NCBI GenBank assembly: GCA_000008885.1
Contig: BA000021.3
Span: 210,001 to 242,000 of the forward strand
Length of the DNA stretch: 32,000 nt
Source: Wigglesworthia glossinidia endosymbiont of Glossina brevipalpis
GTDB lineage: Bacteria; Pseudomonadota; Gammaproteobacteria; Enterobacterales; Enterobacteriaceae
Direction: 5' to 3'
Shown here: one piece after another, positions 20,082 to 30,095 of the stretch
Layout: every line of letters begins with the position of its first letter
How positions within the stretch are numbered: the first letter of the stretch is position 1
The notes under the pieces: generated by a model
The model's input: the letters and a program-made list of their open reading frames with translations, nothing else
What the model was told of the DNA's origin: nothing
Databases searched by the model: none
Translations under genes and position numbers: made by a program

Positions 20082-20105
20082 AAATTTCATATTAAAGGAA
20101 AAATT

Positions 20106-21047
20106 TTGATTAATTTGTTTTCTTTATCTTTAATTATTATTACTTTAATATCAGGAGTATTATTTGTAATTAATAAAATAAAAAATAACAAAATTAATTT
20201 TATTAAAAAAAAATTTTTTTATTATTTTATTAATAAATATAGTTATTTGATTAATACTATTTCTTCTATATTTCCAATTCTTATAACAATGATTAGCATT
20301 AGATTTTTTTTGTTTGAACCGTTTCAAATACCCTCTGGATCTATGATGCCCAATTTATTAATTGGGGATTTTATTTTAGTTAATAAATTTATTTATGGAA
20401 TTAAAAACCCAGTCAATCAAGATACTTTGATTAGAATAAAAAAACCAGAAAGAGGAGATATTATAGTATTTAAATATCCATTAAATTATAAACTTGATTA
20501 CATAAAAAGAGTGGTTGGAATTCCAGGAGATAGAATAACATATAATCCAATAAATAAAGAAATCAAAATACAACCAAATCAAAATACAAAAAAAAACAAA
20601 TATTCTAAATATTTAGAAATATTATATAGTGAAATAAAACAAAGTTTTTTTGTTCAAACTTTAAATTATAATAATGATTCAAAAATAACTAATGATTTTG
20701 AAATAATTCCTATAGAAAAAAATTCTAATATAGGCATAAGAATGTTATCTAGAACAGAAACTTTCGAAAAAAACATCCATGATATTTTGTATCTTCCATT
20801 GTGCCGAGATCATTTAAATGATTATTTTTATCAAGAAAACAGATCATTTGGAGATTGGATAGTTCCAGAAAAAAGTTATTTTGTTATGGGTGATAATCGT
20901 GATAATAGTTCAGACAGCAGATATTGGGGTTTTGTTCCTGAAAAAAATATAGTTGGAAAAGCTGAAATTATTTGGATGAGCTTTAAAAAAAATGAAAATA
21001 AATGGCCTACTGGTATACGAATTAATCGTATTGGAAAAATTAAATAG
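20106..21047 (+). CDS. lepB: Signal peptidase I
   Basis: 313-aa ORF with a TTG start 24 nt after the lepA stop and an AGGAA upstream. Catalytic Ser box FQIPSGSMMPNLLIGDFILVNK, catalytic Lys box YIKRVVGIPGD and box E GDNRDNSSDSRYWGFVP are all present. Confidence 0.95.
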   Translation: MINLFSLSLIIITLISGVLFVINKIKNNKINFIKKKFFYYFINKYSYLINTISSIFPILITMISIRFFLFEPFQIPSGSMMPNLLIGDFILVNKFIYGIKNPVNQDTLIRIKKPERGDIIVFKYPLNYKLDYIKRVVGIPGDRITYNPINKEIKIQPNQNTKKNKYSKYLEILYSEIKQSFFVQTLNYNNDSKITNDFEIIPIEKNSNIGIRMLSRTETFEKNIHDILYLPLCRDHLNDYFYQENRSFGDWIVPEKSYFVMGDNRDNSSDSRYWGFVPEKNIVGKAEIIWMSFKKNENKWPTGIRINRIGKIK

Positions 21048-21139
21048 ATAAAATTTACTTTTTGAAATTATTAATTTTTTGAATTTTATTTAAAATTTTT
21101 GTTATAAAATTTATTTATTAATAAAATTATTTATTTTAT

Positions 21140-21820
21140 ATGAAAAATTTATTTTTTAATAAATTACAAAAAAAAATGGGGTATTTATTTCACAATAATA
21201 TAATATTAAAGCAAGCATTAACTCATAGAAGCTTTAGCAGCAAAAATAACGAAAGATTAGAGTTTTTAGGAGATTCTATATTAAACTATATTATATCAGA
21301 CGCTTTATATAATAATTTTACGAATATCCCTGAAGGGAAGTTAAGCCAAATGAGATCATATTTAGTTAGAGGAAATACTCTAGCAGAAATAGCACGCGAA
21401 TTTTGTTTAGGAGATTATTTAATCTTAGGAATTGGAGAAGTTAAAACTGGAGGTAAAAATAGAGATTCAATATTATCTAATGCTATGGAAGCTATTATAG
21501 GAGGAATTTTTTTAGATAGCAATATTAATAAAACTCATGAAATAGTGATATCATGGTATAAGAATAGATTATATTCTATGAGTCTAAAAAACTTAAAGAA
21601 AGATCCTAAAACAAGATTACAGGAATATCTTCAAGGGAATAAATTTTCTTTACCTCAGTATTATATTAAAAATATAACTGGAGAATCTCATAATCAAGAA
21701 TTTACTATATGTTGTTTCATTGATGATTTAAAAAAATCAGTTATTGGATATGGAAAAACAAGAAGAAAAGCGGAACAGTCAGCAGCAAAACAAGCTTTAT
21801 TATTATTTAATATTTTATAA
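21140..21820 (+). CDS. rnc: Ribonuclease III
   Basis: 226-aa ORF with the RNase III signature NERLEFLGDSIL, GNTLAEIAREF, EAIIGGIFLDS and a dsRBD (KDPKTRLQEYLQ, H.QEFTI.C, RRKAEQSAAKQAL). Same length as E. coli Rnc. Confidence 0.97.
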   Translation: MKNLFFNKLQKKMGYLFHNNIILKQALTHRSFSSKNNERLEFLGDSILNYIISDALYNNFTNIPEGKLSQMRSYLVRGNTLAEIAREFCLGDYLILGIGEVKTGGKNRDSILSNAMEAIIGGIFLDSNINKTHEIVISWYKNRLYSMSLKNLKKDPKTRLQEYLQGNKFSLPQYYIKNITGESHNQEFTICCFIDDLKKSVIGYGKTRRKAEQSAAKQALLLFNIL

Positions 21821-21926
21821 ATTAAAAAAATTAAATAAAAATCTTTACAAAAATTAAGTACATTTATATTTATATTTTGTATAATACAATATTATGAAAC
21901 TAATAATAGTAAAAATTTTTTAAAAC

Positions 21927-22664
21927 ATGTCTAAATTACTTTTAGGTGTAAATGTCGATCATGTAGCTTCTTTGAGAAATGTTAGAGGAGGAAAATTTCC
22001 AGATCCAGTGCAATTAGCTATATTAGCAGAAATAGCTGGTGCTGACAGTATAACAACTCATTTAAGAGAAGATAATCGTCATATAAATGAAAAAGATGTT
22101 ATTTGTATAAAAAAATCAATCCAATCAAGATTAAATTTAGAAATTTCCACAAAAAAAGAAATGATAAATAAGGCAATAAATATATTGCCATATTCTTGTT
22201 GTTTAGTTCCAGAAAACAGGCAAGAAATAACAACAGAGAGCGGAATAGACGTAATAAAAAATAAAAAATATTTAAAAAAAGTAATATGTAAATTAAAAAG
22301 TTTAGGAATAAAAGTATCTCTTTTTGTTGATCCAATAAAAAATCAAATTTTATCATCTTCAGAAATTAATGCGGATTGCATTGAGATAAATACTGGAAAA
22401 TATTCAGAACAAGATAAAAAAGAAAATAAAGAAGAAATAAATTTAATTAAATTATGCGCAAAATACGCAAATAAATTAGGATTAGAAGTTCATGCAGGAC
22501 ATGGATTAAATTATTTTAATGTAAGAAGTATTGTAAATATTAAAGAAATAAAAGAATTAAATATTGGACACTCAATTATAAGCAGAAGTTTAATAGTAGG
22601 AATGCAAAATGCCGTTAAAGAAATGAAAGATATAATATATTCGGAAAAAATAAAATGGCAATAA
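21927..22664 (+). CDS. pdxJ: Pyridoxine 5'-phosphate synthase
   Basis: 245-aa ORF with [48 protein letters not shown] and [10 protein letters not shown]. The 3' end overlaps acpS by 10 nt. Confidence 0.96.
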
Positions 22665-23074
22665 TAGGAATAGGAATAGACATTGTAAATTTAGAAAGAA
22701 TAAATAAAATAATTTTATGTTATGGGAATAAATTTGTAAAAAAAATATTATCCTTTAATGAGAAAAAAAAATATTATGAGTTAAAAAATAAAAAAAAAAA
22801 TATTTCTGTTAATTTTTTAGCTAAACGTTTAGCTGCAAAAGAAGCTGCTAGTAAAGCTTTTGGATTGGGAATGAAGAAAGGTTTGTATTTTTCTCAATTT
22901 GAAGTATTGAATAATAATCTTGGAAAACCATATTTTAAGTTTAATAATACTGCTAAAAATTTAATAAAAGCTTTAAATATAACTAATATACATCTTAGTT
23001 TGACTGACGAACGTAAATATGCTTGTGCTACAGTAATATTTGAAGATAATAGAACAAATATAATTTTGTCATAA
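22655..23074 (+). CDS. acpS: Holo-[acyl-carrier-protein] synthase (4'-phosphopantetheinyl transferase)
   Basis: 139-aa ORF with [11 protein letters not shown] (E. coli MAILGLGTDIV), [27 protein letters not shown] and [18 protein letters not shown]. Its ATG lies inside the last codons of pdxJ, suggesting translational coupling. Confidence 0.95.
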
Positions 23075-23241
23075 TTTTTATAAATGAAAATAACTTTATT
23101 GTTAAAATTTAAATATTTTACTTCATAGTTTTTCTTTTTTGTACGAAATATATTTTTATAAACAATTTCCAAAATTTTTAGATAAATTTATTTTTATCTT
23201 AAAATTTATAAATTATTTTTTTCTAAAAAAGAGATATTGAA

Positions 23242-23982
23242 ATGAATGCAAATACAATGTATAGCCATCAAGGTTATCTTCTAAAAAAAGATGACAATTT
23301 TTTATGGAAAAAATATACTCCAATGATAAGAAGAGAAGCTCTAAGACTACAGGTAAAATTACCAGGAAGCGTTGAATTAGATGATCTCATTCAAGCAGGA
23401 ATGATTGGTTTTTTATCAGCTATAGATAATTTTGACATTAATCAAGGAGCTAGCTTTCCTACATATGCTAGATCTAGAGTTAGATGGAGTATGCTAGATG
23501 AATTAAGAGAAAGAGATTGGGTTCCAAGAAGTGTTAGAAGGAATGCAAGAGATATTGCATCTGCAATTCAACGTTTAGAGCAAAGATTAGGATCATCTGC
23601 CAGTGAGAAACAAATAGCAAAAGAATTAAAAATTTCTTTGTGTGAATATCAAAAGATGCTTCAGGAAACTAATTGTGGTCAAATTTTTTCTTTAGATGAA
23701 TTAAATAATCAAGAAATAATAGGTTCATTTGGAATGAATATTCCAATAGACCATAGCAAAGATCCTTGTCAATTGCTGCTAATAAATTCTTTAAAAAAGA
23801 AAATAATAAAAGAAATACAGAAACTTCCTAAAAGAGAAAAAATTTTACTAAATTTATACTATCAACAAGAATTGAACTTAAAGGAAATAGGAGAAGTGTT
23901 AGGAGTAGGCGAATCTAGAGTTAGTCAATTACATAGCTTAGCTATAAAAAGACTTAGATCTAGGCTTAAAGAAAATATATAA
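23242..23982 (+). CDS. fliA: RNA polymerase sigma factor FliA (sigma-28, flagellar)
   Basis: 246-aa ORF colinear with E. coli FliA: LW..Y.P..R.EALRLQV.LP.SVELDDLIQAG, LDELRERDWVPRSVRRNAR, LP.REK..L.LYYQQELNLKEIGEVLGVGESRVSQLHSLAIKRLR. Region 4.2 is almost identical to the E. coli protein. Confidence 0.93.
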   Translation: MNANTMYSHQGYLLKKDDNFLWKKYTPMIRREALRLQVKLPGSVELDDLIQAGMIGFLSAIDNFDINQGASFPTYARSRVRWSMLDELRERDWVPRSVRRNARDIASAIQRLEQRLGSSASEKQIAKELKISLCEYQKMLQETNCGQIFSLDELNNQEIIGSFGMNIPIDHSKDPCQLLLINSLKKKIIKEIQKLPKREKILLNLYYQQELNLKEIGEVLGVGESRVSQLHSLAIKRLRSRLKENI

Positions 23983-24012
23983 TTTAAATTTTTTGTTTTT
24001 ATAAAATTAAAA

Positions 24013-26511
24013 TCAAGATTTTATTTTAACATTACTAATAATAGTAATTACTTCTATTTTCAATTCATACAACATATTTTCAAACATAATAAATGATTCT
24101 CTTTTGTATTCTTGTTTTGGATCTTTTTGAGCATATCCTCTTAAATGAATTCCTTGTCTTAAATAATCAATGGAAGACAAATGTTCTCTCCAAAAAGAGT
24201 CTAATGTTTTTATCATTATATTTTTTTCAAAAATACGCAAGTTTGTAGAACCAATTTTATTTTCTTTTTCATTATATTTTTTTAAAATAATAATTAAAAT
24301 ATTTTTATATAGTTTTTCTAAATTACATTTATTTTCTTTGTATAAAGATAGAATAGATATTTCTATGCAAAAATATTTTTTTATTAAATTTTCTATTTTT
24401 ATTAAATTAACATTTATTTTTTCTGAATGTTTTGTTTTATATTTTTCAAAAATTTTTTTTAGAACATCTTTTCTTATGTTATCAATTATATCTTTTATAT
24501 CTAAAGAGTTTAAAATTTCAGTTCTCTGACTATATATTGCTTTTCTTTGTTCATTTGCAACGTCATCATAATCTAATAATTGTTTTCTCATATCAAAATT
24601 TCTGTTTTCTACTTTTTTTTGAGCATTAGAAATAGCTTTTGTTATCCATTTATGTTCTATTGATTCTCCAGTTTTCATTCCTAGTTTTTGCATTGTTTGT
24701 ATGATTCTATTAGATGCAAAAATTCTCATTAAATTATCTTCCATAGAAACATAAAATCGAGAAGACCCCGGATCTCCTTGTCTTCCAGATCGACCTCTAA
24801 GTTGATTATCAATTCTTCTAGATTCATGCCTTTCAGTACCAATAATATGCAATCCTCCAAGTTTAATAACGTAGTTATTTTTTTTTACCCAAGATTCTTT
24901 TATTTTTTTAATTCTTTTCTTGTTTATATTTTTTTTATTAAAAAATTCAGACTTCCAATTACCACCTAATATTATATCTGTTCCTCTTCCAGCCATATTA
25001 GTAGCTATAGTAATGGATTTAGGACATCCCGCCTGCGAAATAATTTCAGCTTCTAATTCATGAAATTTGGCGTTTAAAACGTTATGTTTAATTCTTAATT
25101 TTTTTAAAATATTTGAAATATTTTCAGATTTCTCTATAGAAATAGTTCCTACTAATACTGGAATGTTTTTTGAATAACAATTTTTTATGTCATTTATAAT
25201 TGCATTAATTTTTTCTTTTTCAGTCATGTATATTAAATCAGGTAAATCATTTCTTATGACTGGACGATTTGTAGGTATTATAATAGTATCTAGTTTATAT
25301 ATTGCTTTAAATTCTGCTGCTTCTGTATATGCAGTTCCTGTCATTCCAGACAATTTTTCATACAATCTGAAATAATTTTGAAATGTAATTGAAGCTAAAG
25401 TTTGATTTTCGTTATTAATATTAACTTTTTCTTTTGCTTCTATAGCCTGATGTAAACCATCTGACCATCTTCTACCATGCATTGTTCTTCCTGTATGTTC
25501 ATCTACAATAATAATTTCATTATTTTTTACAATATAGTCTACATTTTTAAAAAATAATTTATGAGCTCTTAAAGCTGAAATAAAATGATGCATCAAAGAA
25601 ATATTTTTAGAAGAATAAAGAGAATCATTTTTATTCATTAAATGATTTTTAATTAATAAATTTTCAACTAATATTAAACCACGTTCTGTCATGTTAATTT
25701 GTTTAGATTTTTCATCTATTGTAAAATGTCCATTTCCTTGAAAATTTTCCGAGTCTTCTTTTTCTTGTTTGATTAAATTTGGAACTAACTTATTTATTTT
25801 ATAATAAATATCTGAATTGCTTTTTATAGGCCCAGAAATAATTAATGGAGTTCGAGATTCATCAATTAAAATTGAATCTACTTCATCCACTAGAGCAAAA
25901 TATAAATTTCTTTGAACTTTCTCATTTTCATTAAATATCATATTATCTCTTAAATAATCAAATCCATATTCATTATTTGTTCCATAAGTAATATCTGCTA
26001 AATAAGCGTTTCTTTTTTCTATATTATTTAATCCAGGCAAATTTATTCCTACAGTTATTCCTAAAAATTCAAACAAAGGTTTATTGTTATTTGCATCTCT
26101 TTTTGCTAAATAATCATTAACTGTAACTATATGAACACCTTTTCCCAAAAGAGAATGTAAATAAGCAGGAAGAACAGAAGTTAATGTTTTTCCTTCACCT
26201 GTGCTCATTTCTGCTATACATCTACGATTTAAAACTATACCTCCCATTAACTGGACATCAAAATGTCTCATATTAAAAATTCTTTTACTCGCTTCTCTCA
26301 CAACAGCATATGCTTCAGGCAATATGTTATTTAAATTATCACCATCTGAAATCCTATTTTTAAATTCTATTGTTTTGCTAGATAACTGCTGATCAGTTAA
26401 TTTTTCTATTGTAGATTCTAGACTGTTTATTTTTTTTACAATTAAATTAATTACTTTTAGAGCACGATCATTAGAATTTTTAAAAATTTTACCAAACAAT
26501 TTAATTAACAT
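24013..26511 (-). CDS. secA: Preprotein translocase ATPase SecA, lacking the C-terminal linker and zinc-finger tail
   Basis: 832-aa ORF with Walker [11 protein letters not shown], the DEAD-like box [32 protein letters not shown] and [36 protein letters not shown]. It ends at ...[20 protein letters not shown], which corresponds to E. coli ...MLESLKYEVISTLSKVQV. The E. coli protein (901 aa) continues for about 65 more residues, including the CPCGSGKKYKQCH zinc finger. Confidence 0.96.
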   Translation of the reverse strand: MLIKLFGKIFKNSNDRALKVINLIVKKINSLESTIEKLTDQQLSSKTIEFKNRISDGDNLNNILPEAYAVVREASKRIFNMRHFDVQLMGGIVLNRRCIAEMSTGEGKTLTSVLPAYLHSLLGKGVHIVTVNDYLAKRDANNNKPLFEFLGITVGINLPGLNNIEKRNAYLADITYGTNNEYGFDYLRDNMIFNENEKVQRNLYFALVDEVDSILIDESRTPLIISGPIKSNSDIYYKINKLVPNLIKQEKEDSENFQGNGHFTIDEKSKQINMTERGLILVENLLIKNHLMNKNDSLYSSKNISLMHHFISALRAHKLFFKNVDYIVKNNEIIIVDEHTGRTMHGRRWSDGLHQAIEAKEKVNINNENQTLASITFQNYFRLYEKLSGMTGTAYTEAAEFKAIYKLDTIIIPTNRPVIRNDLPDLIYMTEKEKINAIINDIKNCYSKNIPVLVGTISIEKSENISNILKKLRIKHNVLNAKFHELEAEIISQAGCPKSITIATNMAGRGTDIILGGNWKSEFFNKKNINKKRIKKIKESWVKKNNYVIKLGGLHIIGTERHESRRIDNQLRGRSGRQGDPGSSRFYVSMEDNLMRIFASNRIIQTMQKLGMKTGESIEHKWITKAISNAQKKVENRNFDMRKQLLDYDDVANEQRKAIYSQRTEILNSLDIKDIIDNIRKDVLKKIFEKYKTKHSEKINVNLIKIENLIKKYFCIEISILSLYKENKCNLEKLYKNILIIILKKYNEKENKIGSTNLRIFEKNIMIKTLDSFWREHLSSIDYLRQGIHLRGYAQKDPKQEYKRESFIMFENMLYELKIEVITIISNVKIKS

Positions 26512-26658
26512 ATCGTTAAAAAATAACTCTTAATTTTTATTTTATAAGTTAAAAATTTTTAATTTTAAATTATTTTGAATTTAATTAAATTTAATAAATT
26601 TATTAAAATATTTTATAAATTTATTTATAACAAAAATAATTTTTTTAAAATTTTTACG

Positions 26659-27555
26659 CTAAAAATTATTTACATAAGAATGATTGTTTTTCATAGTAGA
26701 GAATTCCCATGTATTTTTATTTCTAAATATTTTTTTTAATAACATATAATGCATATTATGACCTGGTTTAAATGCTTTAAATGCTCCTACTATATTATAT
26801 CCTGATACAAAAAAATCACCAATAGCGTCAAGTATTTTATGACGAATAAATTCATTTGAAAATCTCAAACCTTCTTTGTTTAAAATTCTTTTATTTCCAA
26901 TAACAATAGCACAATTACAATTTCCTCCTAAAGCTAATTTATTAGATTGTAAATATTTTATATCTCTTAAAAACCCAAAGGTTCTTGCTTTGCTTATTTG
27001 ATTAATAAAAGAATTAACAGAAAAAGTAAAAAAGAAATTTTGAGAAGTAGATGAAATTACTGGATGATCAAAATCAATACTAAAATCTAAAGTAAATTTA
27101 TTAGATGGAGTTACTTCTATCCATTTATCTTCTTTTTCAACTCTTACTATTTTTTTTATATATATAAATTTTTTATCATGTTCTAATGTTTTAATTCCAG
27201 AAGAATTTATTATGATATCAACAAATGGCCAAGAACTTCCGTCCATAATAGGAATCTCTGATGATGTAATTTCAATAATAATATTATCAATTCCTAAACC
27301 ACATATTGCAGCACTTAAATGCTCTACAGTAGATATATTTACTCCATTTTTGTTCTCTAAAGAAGTACACAAATTAGTATTTTTTATTAAATTTACATTA
27401 GATATAAATTCTACTGGAGGGCTAATATCAATCCTTCTATAAATAATGCCAGAATTTACTGGAGCTGGATTAAGAGTTAATTTGACTGGTTTCCCAGAAT
27501 GCAATCCAAATCCTTTTATATTAATAGATTTTTTCAAAGTGCTTTGTTTAATCAT
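26659..27555 (-). CDS. lpxC: UDP-3-O-acyl-N-acetylglucosamine deacetylase (lipid A biosynthesis)
   Basis: 298-aa ORF with MIKQSTLKK (E. coli MIKQRTLKR), GLHSGK.V.LTL.PAP.N.GIIYRR, STVEHL.AA..GLGIDN..IE, EIPIMDGS, ISKARTFGF.RDI.YLQS, GLRF..EF.RHK.LDAIGD and GH. Confidence 0.96.
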   Translation of the reverse strand: MIKQSTLKKSINIKGFGLHSGKPVKLTLNPAPVNSGIIYRRIDISPPVEFISNVNLIKNTNLCTSLENKNGVNISTVEHLSAAICGLGIDNIIIEITSSEIPIMDGSSWPFVDIIINSSGIKTLEHDKKFIYIKKIVRVEKEDKWIEVTPSNKFTLDFSIDFDHPVISSTSQNFFFTFSVNSFINQISKARTFGFLRDIKYLQSNKLALGGNCNCAIVIGNKRILNKEGLRFSNEFIRHKILDAIGDFFVSGYNIVGAFKAFKPGHNMHYMLLKKIFRNKNTWEFSTMKNNHSYVNNF

Positions 27556-27587
27556 TAATATTAAAATTATATTAATTTAATTAATAA

Positions 27588-28742
27588 TTAATCTGCTTGA
27601 TTCCTTAAAAAAGCGGGAATTTCTAAATAATCAGATTGTAAATCTTCTTTTGTTTTATTTTTTATCTTACTAAATTCATTATTGTTTTTAGACATTGTAT
27701 TTTCCTTATCAGAGTAACGATATCCAAATCTATCCATAATATTTTTATTTGATGTAGAATTTGTAACCAATTTAATATCTGGCCTTTTATCCATTCCAAT
27801 TCCTGTAGCTACAACTGTAACTCTTAACTCATCGTTCATACTTGGATCTAAAGATGTTCCTATAACTACAGTCGCATTATCTGAAGAAAAAGAACGTACT
27901 TTATTTCCAACAGCTTCGAATTCATCAAGCCTAAGATCAAAACCTGCTGTAATATTTACTAAAACTCCACGAGCTCCTGAAAGATCAATATCTTCTAAAA
28001 GCGGACTAGAAATAGCTATTTCTGAGGATTCTTCAGCTCTATTATCACCTTTAGAGATTCCTGACCCCATCATAGCATAACCCATTTCTGACATTACTGT
28101 TTTTACATCTGCAAAATCTACATTAATCAATCCTGGCCTGGTAATTAATTCAGCAATTCCTTGTACTGCATTTTTTAATACATCATTTGCCGCGCTAAAT
28201 GCATCTAACAAAGATATTCCTTTCCCTAAAACTTTTAATAGTTTATCATTAGGTATAATAATTAATGAATCAACGTGTTTTGAAAGCTCATCTATTCCTT
28301 GTTCTGCAAAAATAAGTCTTTTTTTACCTTCAAAGTTAAAAGGTTTTGTTACTACAGCAACAGTTAATATCCCAAGATCTTTTGCTATTTCAGCGATTAC
28401 TGGAGCTGCCCCAGTCCCTGTGCCTCCTCCCATTCCTGAGGCTATAAAAACCATATCTGCGCCATCTAAAATAATTCTTAAAGCATCCTTATCCTCTTCT
28501 GCAGAATTTTTTCCAACTTCTGGATTTGCACCTGCTCCTAGACCTTTAGTTATACTACTACCAATTTGAACAGTTTGACTCACTTCTGTTTTTCTAAGAG
28601 CTTGAGCGTCTGTATTTACTGCAAAAAAATCTACTCCTTCTATACATTCTCTTACCATATGTTCTACTGCGTTTCCTCCACCACCTCCAATTCCAACAAC
28701 TCTGATTACTGCGTCGCTAGTTAATTCTATAGGCTCAAACAT
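27588..28742 (-). CDS. ftsZ: Cell division GTPase FtsZ
   Basis: 384-aa ORF with [12 protein letters not shown], the tubulin signature [19 protein letters not shown] and NVDFADV. The conserved C-terminal peptide [14 protein letters not shown] matches E. coli DYLDIPAFLRKQAD. A GGAG sits 7 nt upstream of the ATG. Confidence 0.98.
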   Translation of the reverse strand: MFEPIELTSDAVIRVVGIGGGGGNAVEHMVRECIEGVDFFAVNTDAQALRKTEVSQTVQIGSSITKGLGAGANPEVGKNSAEEDKDALRIILDGADMVFIASGMGGGTGTGAAPVIAEIAKDLGILTVAVVTKPFNFEGKKRLIFAEQGIDELSKHVDSLIIIPNDKLLKVLGKGISLLDAFSAANDVLKNAVQGIAELITRPGLINVDFADVKTVMSEMGYAMMGSGISKGDNRAEESSEIAISSPLLEDIDLSGARGVLVNITAGFDLRLDEFEAVGNKVRSFSSDNATVVIGTSLDPSMNDELRVTVVATGIGMDKRPDIKLVTNSTSNKNIMDRFGYRYSDKENTMSKNNNEFSKIKNKTKEDLQSDYLEIPAFLRNQAD

Positions 28743-28798
28743 AATGCTTCTCCAAATTAATCAAATTAAAATAAAGTAATTTGATTAATTTTAATTTT

Positions 28799-30055
28799 TT
28801 AAAATTCTTTTTTTATCCAATTGCTAAATTTTTTAATCCAATTTTCAATAAAATTATTTTTTTCCATCGATTCTATTTCCTTGTTAAGAAAATATTCTTT
28901 TCCATAATGCAATAACCCTACTGCAGTAGCATAATAAGGATGATTAGAATAGTCAATTAAACCAGTTACATTTAATGGTTCACCAATTCTAACCTGAGTA
29001 TTAAAAATTTTTTGAGCGCAAGAAATTATACCATTTATTTGAGATGCTCCTCCAGTTAAAACTATTCCTGCTGACAAATGATGCTTTATGCTTTCAGATT
29101 TTAATTGTTTTTGTAATTTACAAACTTCTTTTTTAACTAAATTTAATAATTCTATGTATCTTGGTTCAATTACTTCTGATAACGTTTGTCTTTGTAATAT
29201 TCTAGAAGGCCTACCTCCTAGGCTTGCAATTTCTATATTTTCTTCTTTTTTTACTAAAGATCCCAATGCACATCCATAGTTTATTTTGATAGATTCAGCT
29301 TCAATTGGAGGAGTGCCAAATGCATATGCTATATCTCTAGTTACTACATTTCCTGCATACGGTATGACTTTTGTATGTCTCAAAGCTCCTGCTGTATAAA
29401 TAGCGATATCCATTGTTCCACCCCCAATGTCTACTACACATACTCCGAGTTCTTTTTCATCTTCTGTTAGAACTGCATAACTAGATGCTAATCCAGAAAA
29501 AATTACTTGATCTACTTTGACATCGCATCTTCTTACTGCTTTAATCATGTTTTTTGCCATACCATTATGGCATGTAATTAAATGAACACTGGCTTGCATT
29601 CTAATTCCTGACAAACCTATTGGATTTTTAATCCCTTCTTGATAATCAATTGTATATTCTTGTGGAATCACATGTAAAATTCTATGTTCATTTTTTATCC
29701 TAACTGATTTGGCTGTATGTACTACATTTTCTACATCTTCTTGTGTTACTTCTTCTTCTGGTATAGGAACTATTCCTATTTCATTTTGACAAGAAATGTG
29801 TTTTCCAGATAACGCAAGATATACTGATTTAATATTACATTCCGAAGTTAATTCAGCTTGATTAATAGATTGTTGAACACATTGAACAACTGCTTCTAAA
29901 TCATTTACCCCTCCTTTATCTATTCCTTTAGAAGGATAATTTCCATAACCAATAATTTTTACTATACCATCTTGTAAAATATCACCTACAAGAACAGCGA
30001 CTTTAGAAGTTCCAATTTCTAGCCCAACTACTAGTTTTTTATCAGTCGCTTTCAT
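28799..30055 (-). CDS. ftsA: Cell division protein FtsA (actin-like ATPase)
   Basis: 418-aa ORF with VVGLEIGTSKV, VCVVDIGGGTMDIA, GIVLTGGASQ and YATAVGLL. It sits between ftsQ and ftsZ as in the dcw cluster. Confidence 0.96.
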   Translation of the reverse strand: MKATDKKLVVGLEIGTSKVAVLVGDILQDGIVKIIGYGNYPSKGIDKGGVNDLEAVVQCVQQSINQAELTSECNIKSVYLALSGKHISCQNEIGIVPIPEEEVTQEDVENVVHTAKSVRIKNEHRILHVIPQEYTIDYQEGIKNPIGLSGIRMQASVHLITCHNGMAKNMIKAVRRCDVKVDQVIFSGLASSYAVLTEDEKELGVCVVDIGGGTMDIAIYTAGALRHTKVIPYAGNVVTRDIAYAFGTPPIEAESIKINYGCALGSLVKKEENIEIASLGGRPSRILQRQTLSEVIEPRYIELLNLVKKEVCKLQKQLKSESIKHHLSAGIVLTGGASQINGIISCAQKIFNTQVRIGEPLNVTGLIDYSNHPYYATAVGLLHYGKEYFLNKEIESMEKNNFIENWIKKFSNWIKKEF

Positions 30056-30095
30056 TAAATTTTTTTTCCATACTTATTTTAGTATATTAAAATTA

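Noticed and set aside
21877-21889. A 13-nt palindrome, ttgtat-a-atacaa, containing a perfect TATAAT (21880-21885) 42 nt upstream of pdxJ. It is a tempting promoter call.
   Set aside because: No acceptable -35 element lies at 16-18 nt spacing (the tttaca at 21844-21849 is about 30 nt away). TATAAT-like hexamers are abundant by chance at this base composition, so promoters cannot be called reliably by eye here.
23180-23199. A small hairpin, agataaa-tttatt-tttatct, 43 nt upstream of the fliA ATG. It could be an acpS terminator or a fliA operator.
   Set aside because: The stem is only 7 bp with a single G:C pair and no following T-run. Comparable A/T inverted repeats occur throughout the spacers, for example aattaca-tcttt-tgtaatt at about 12041-12059.
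27588-30055. ftsZ and ftsA, and also the cores of hflK, hflC and fliA, are visibly more G/C-rich than their surroundings. That could suggest horizontally acquired DNA.
   Set aside because: The G/C-richer stretches coincide exactly with the most conserved protein motifs, such as the [10 protein letters not shown] tubulin signature, and the genes are in native dcw/hfl synteny. This is purifying selection resisting AT drift, not foreign DNA.
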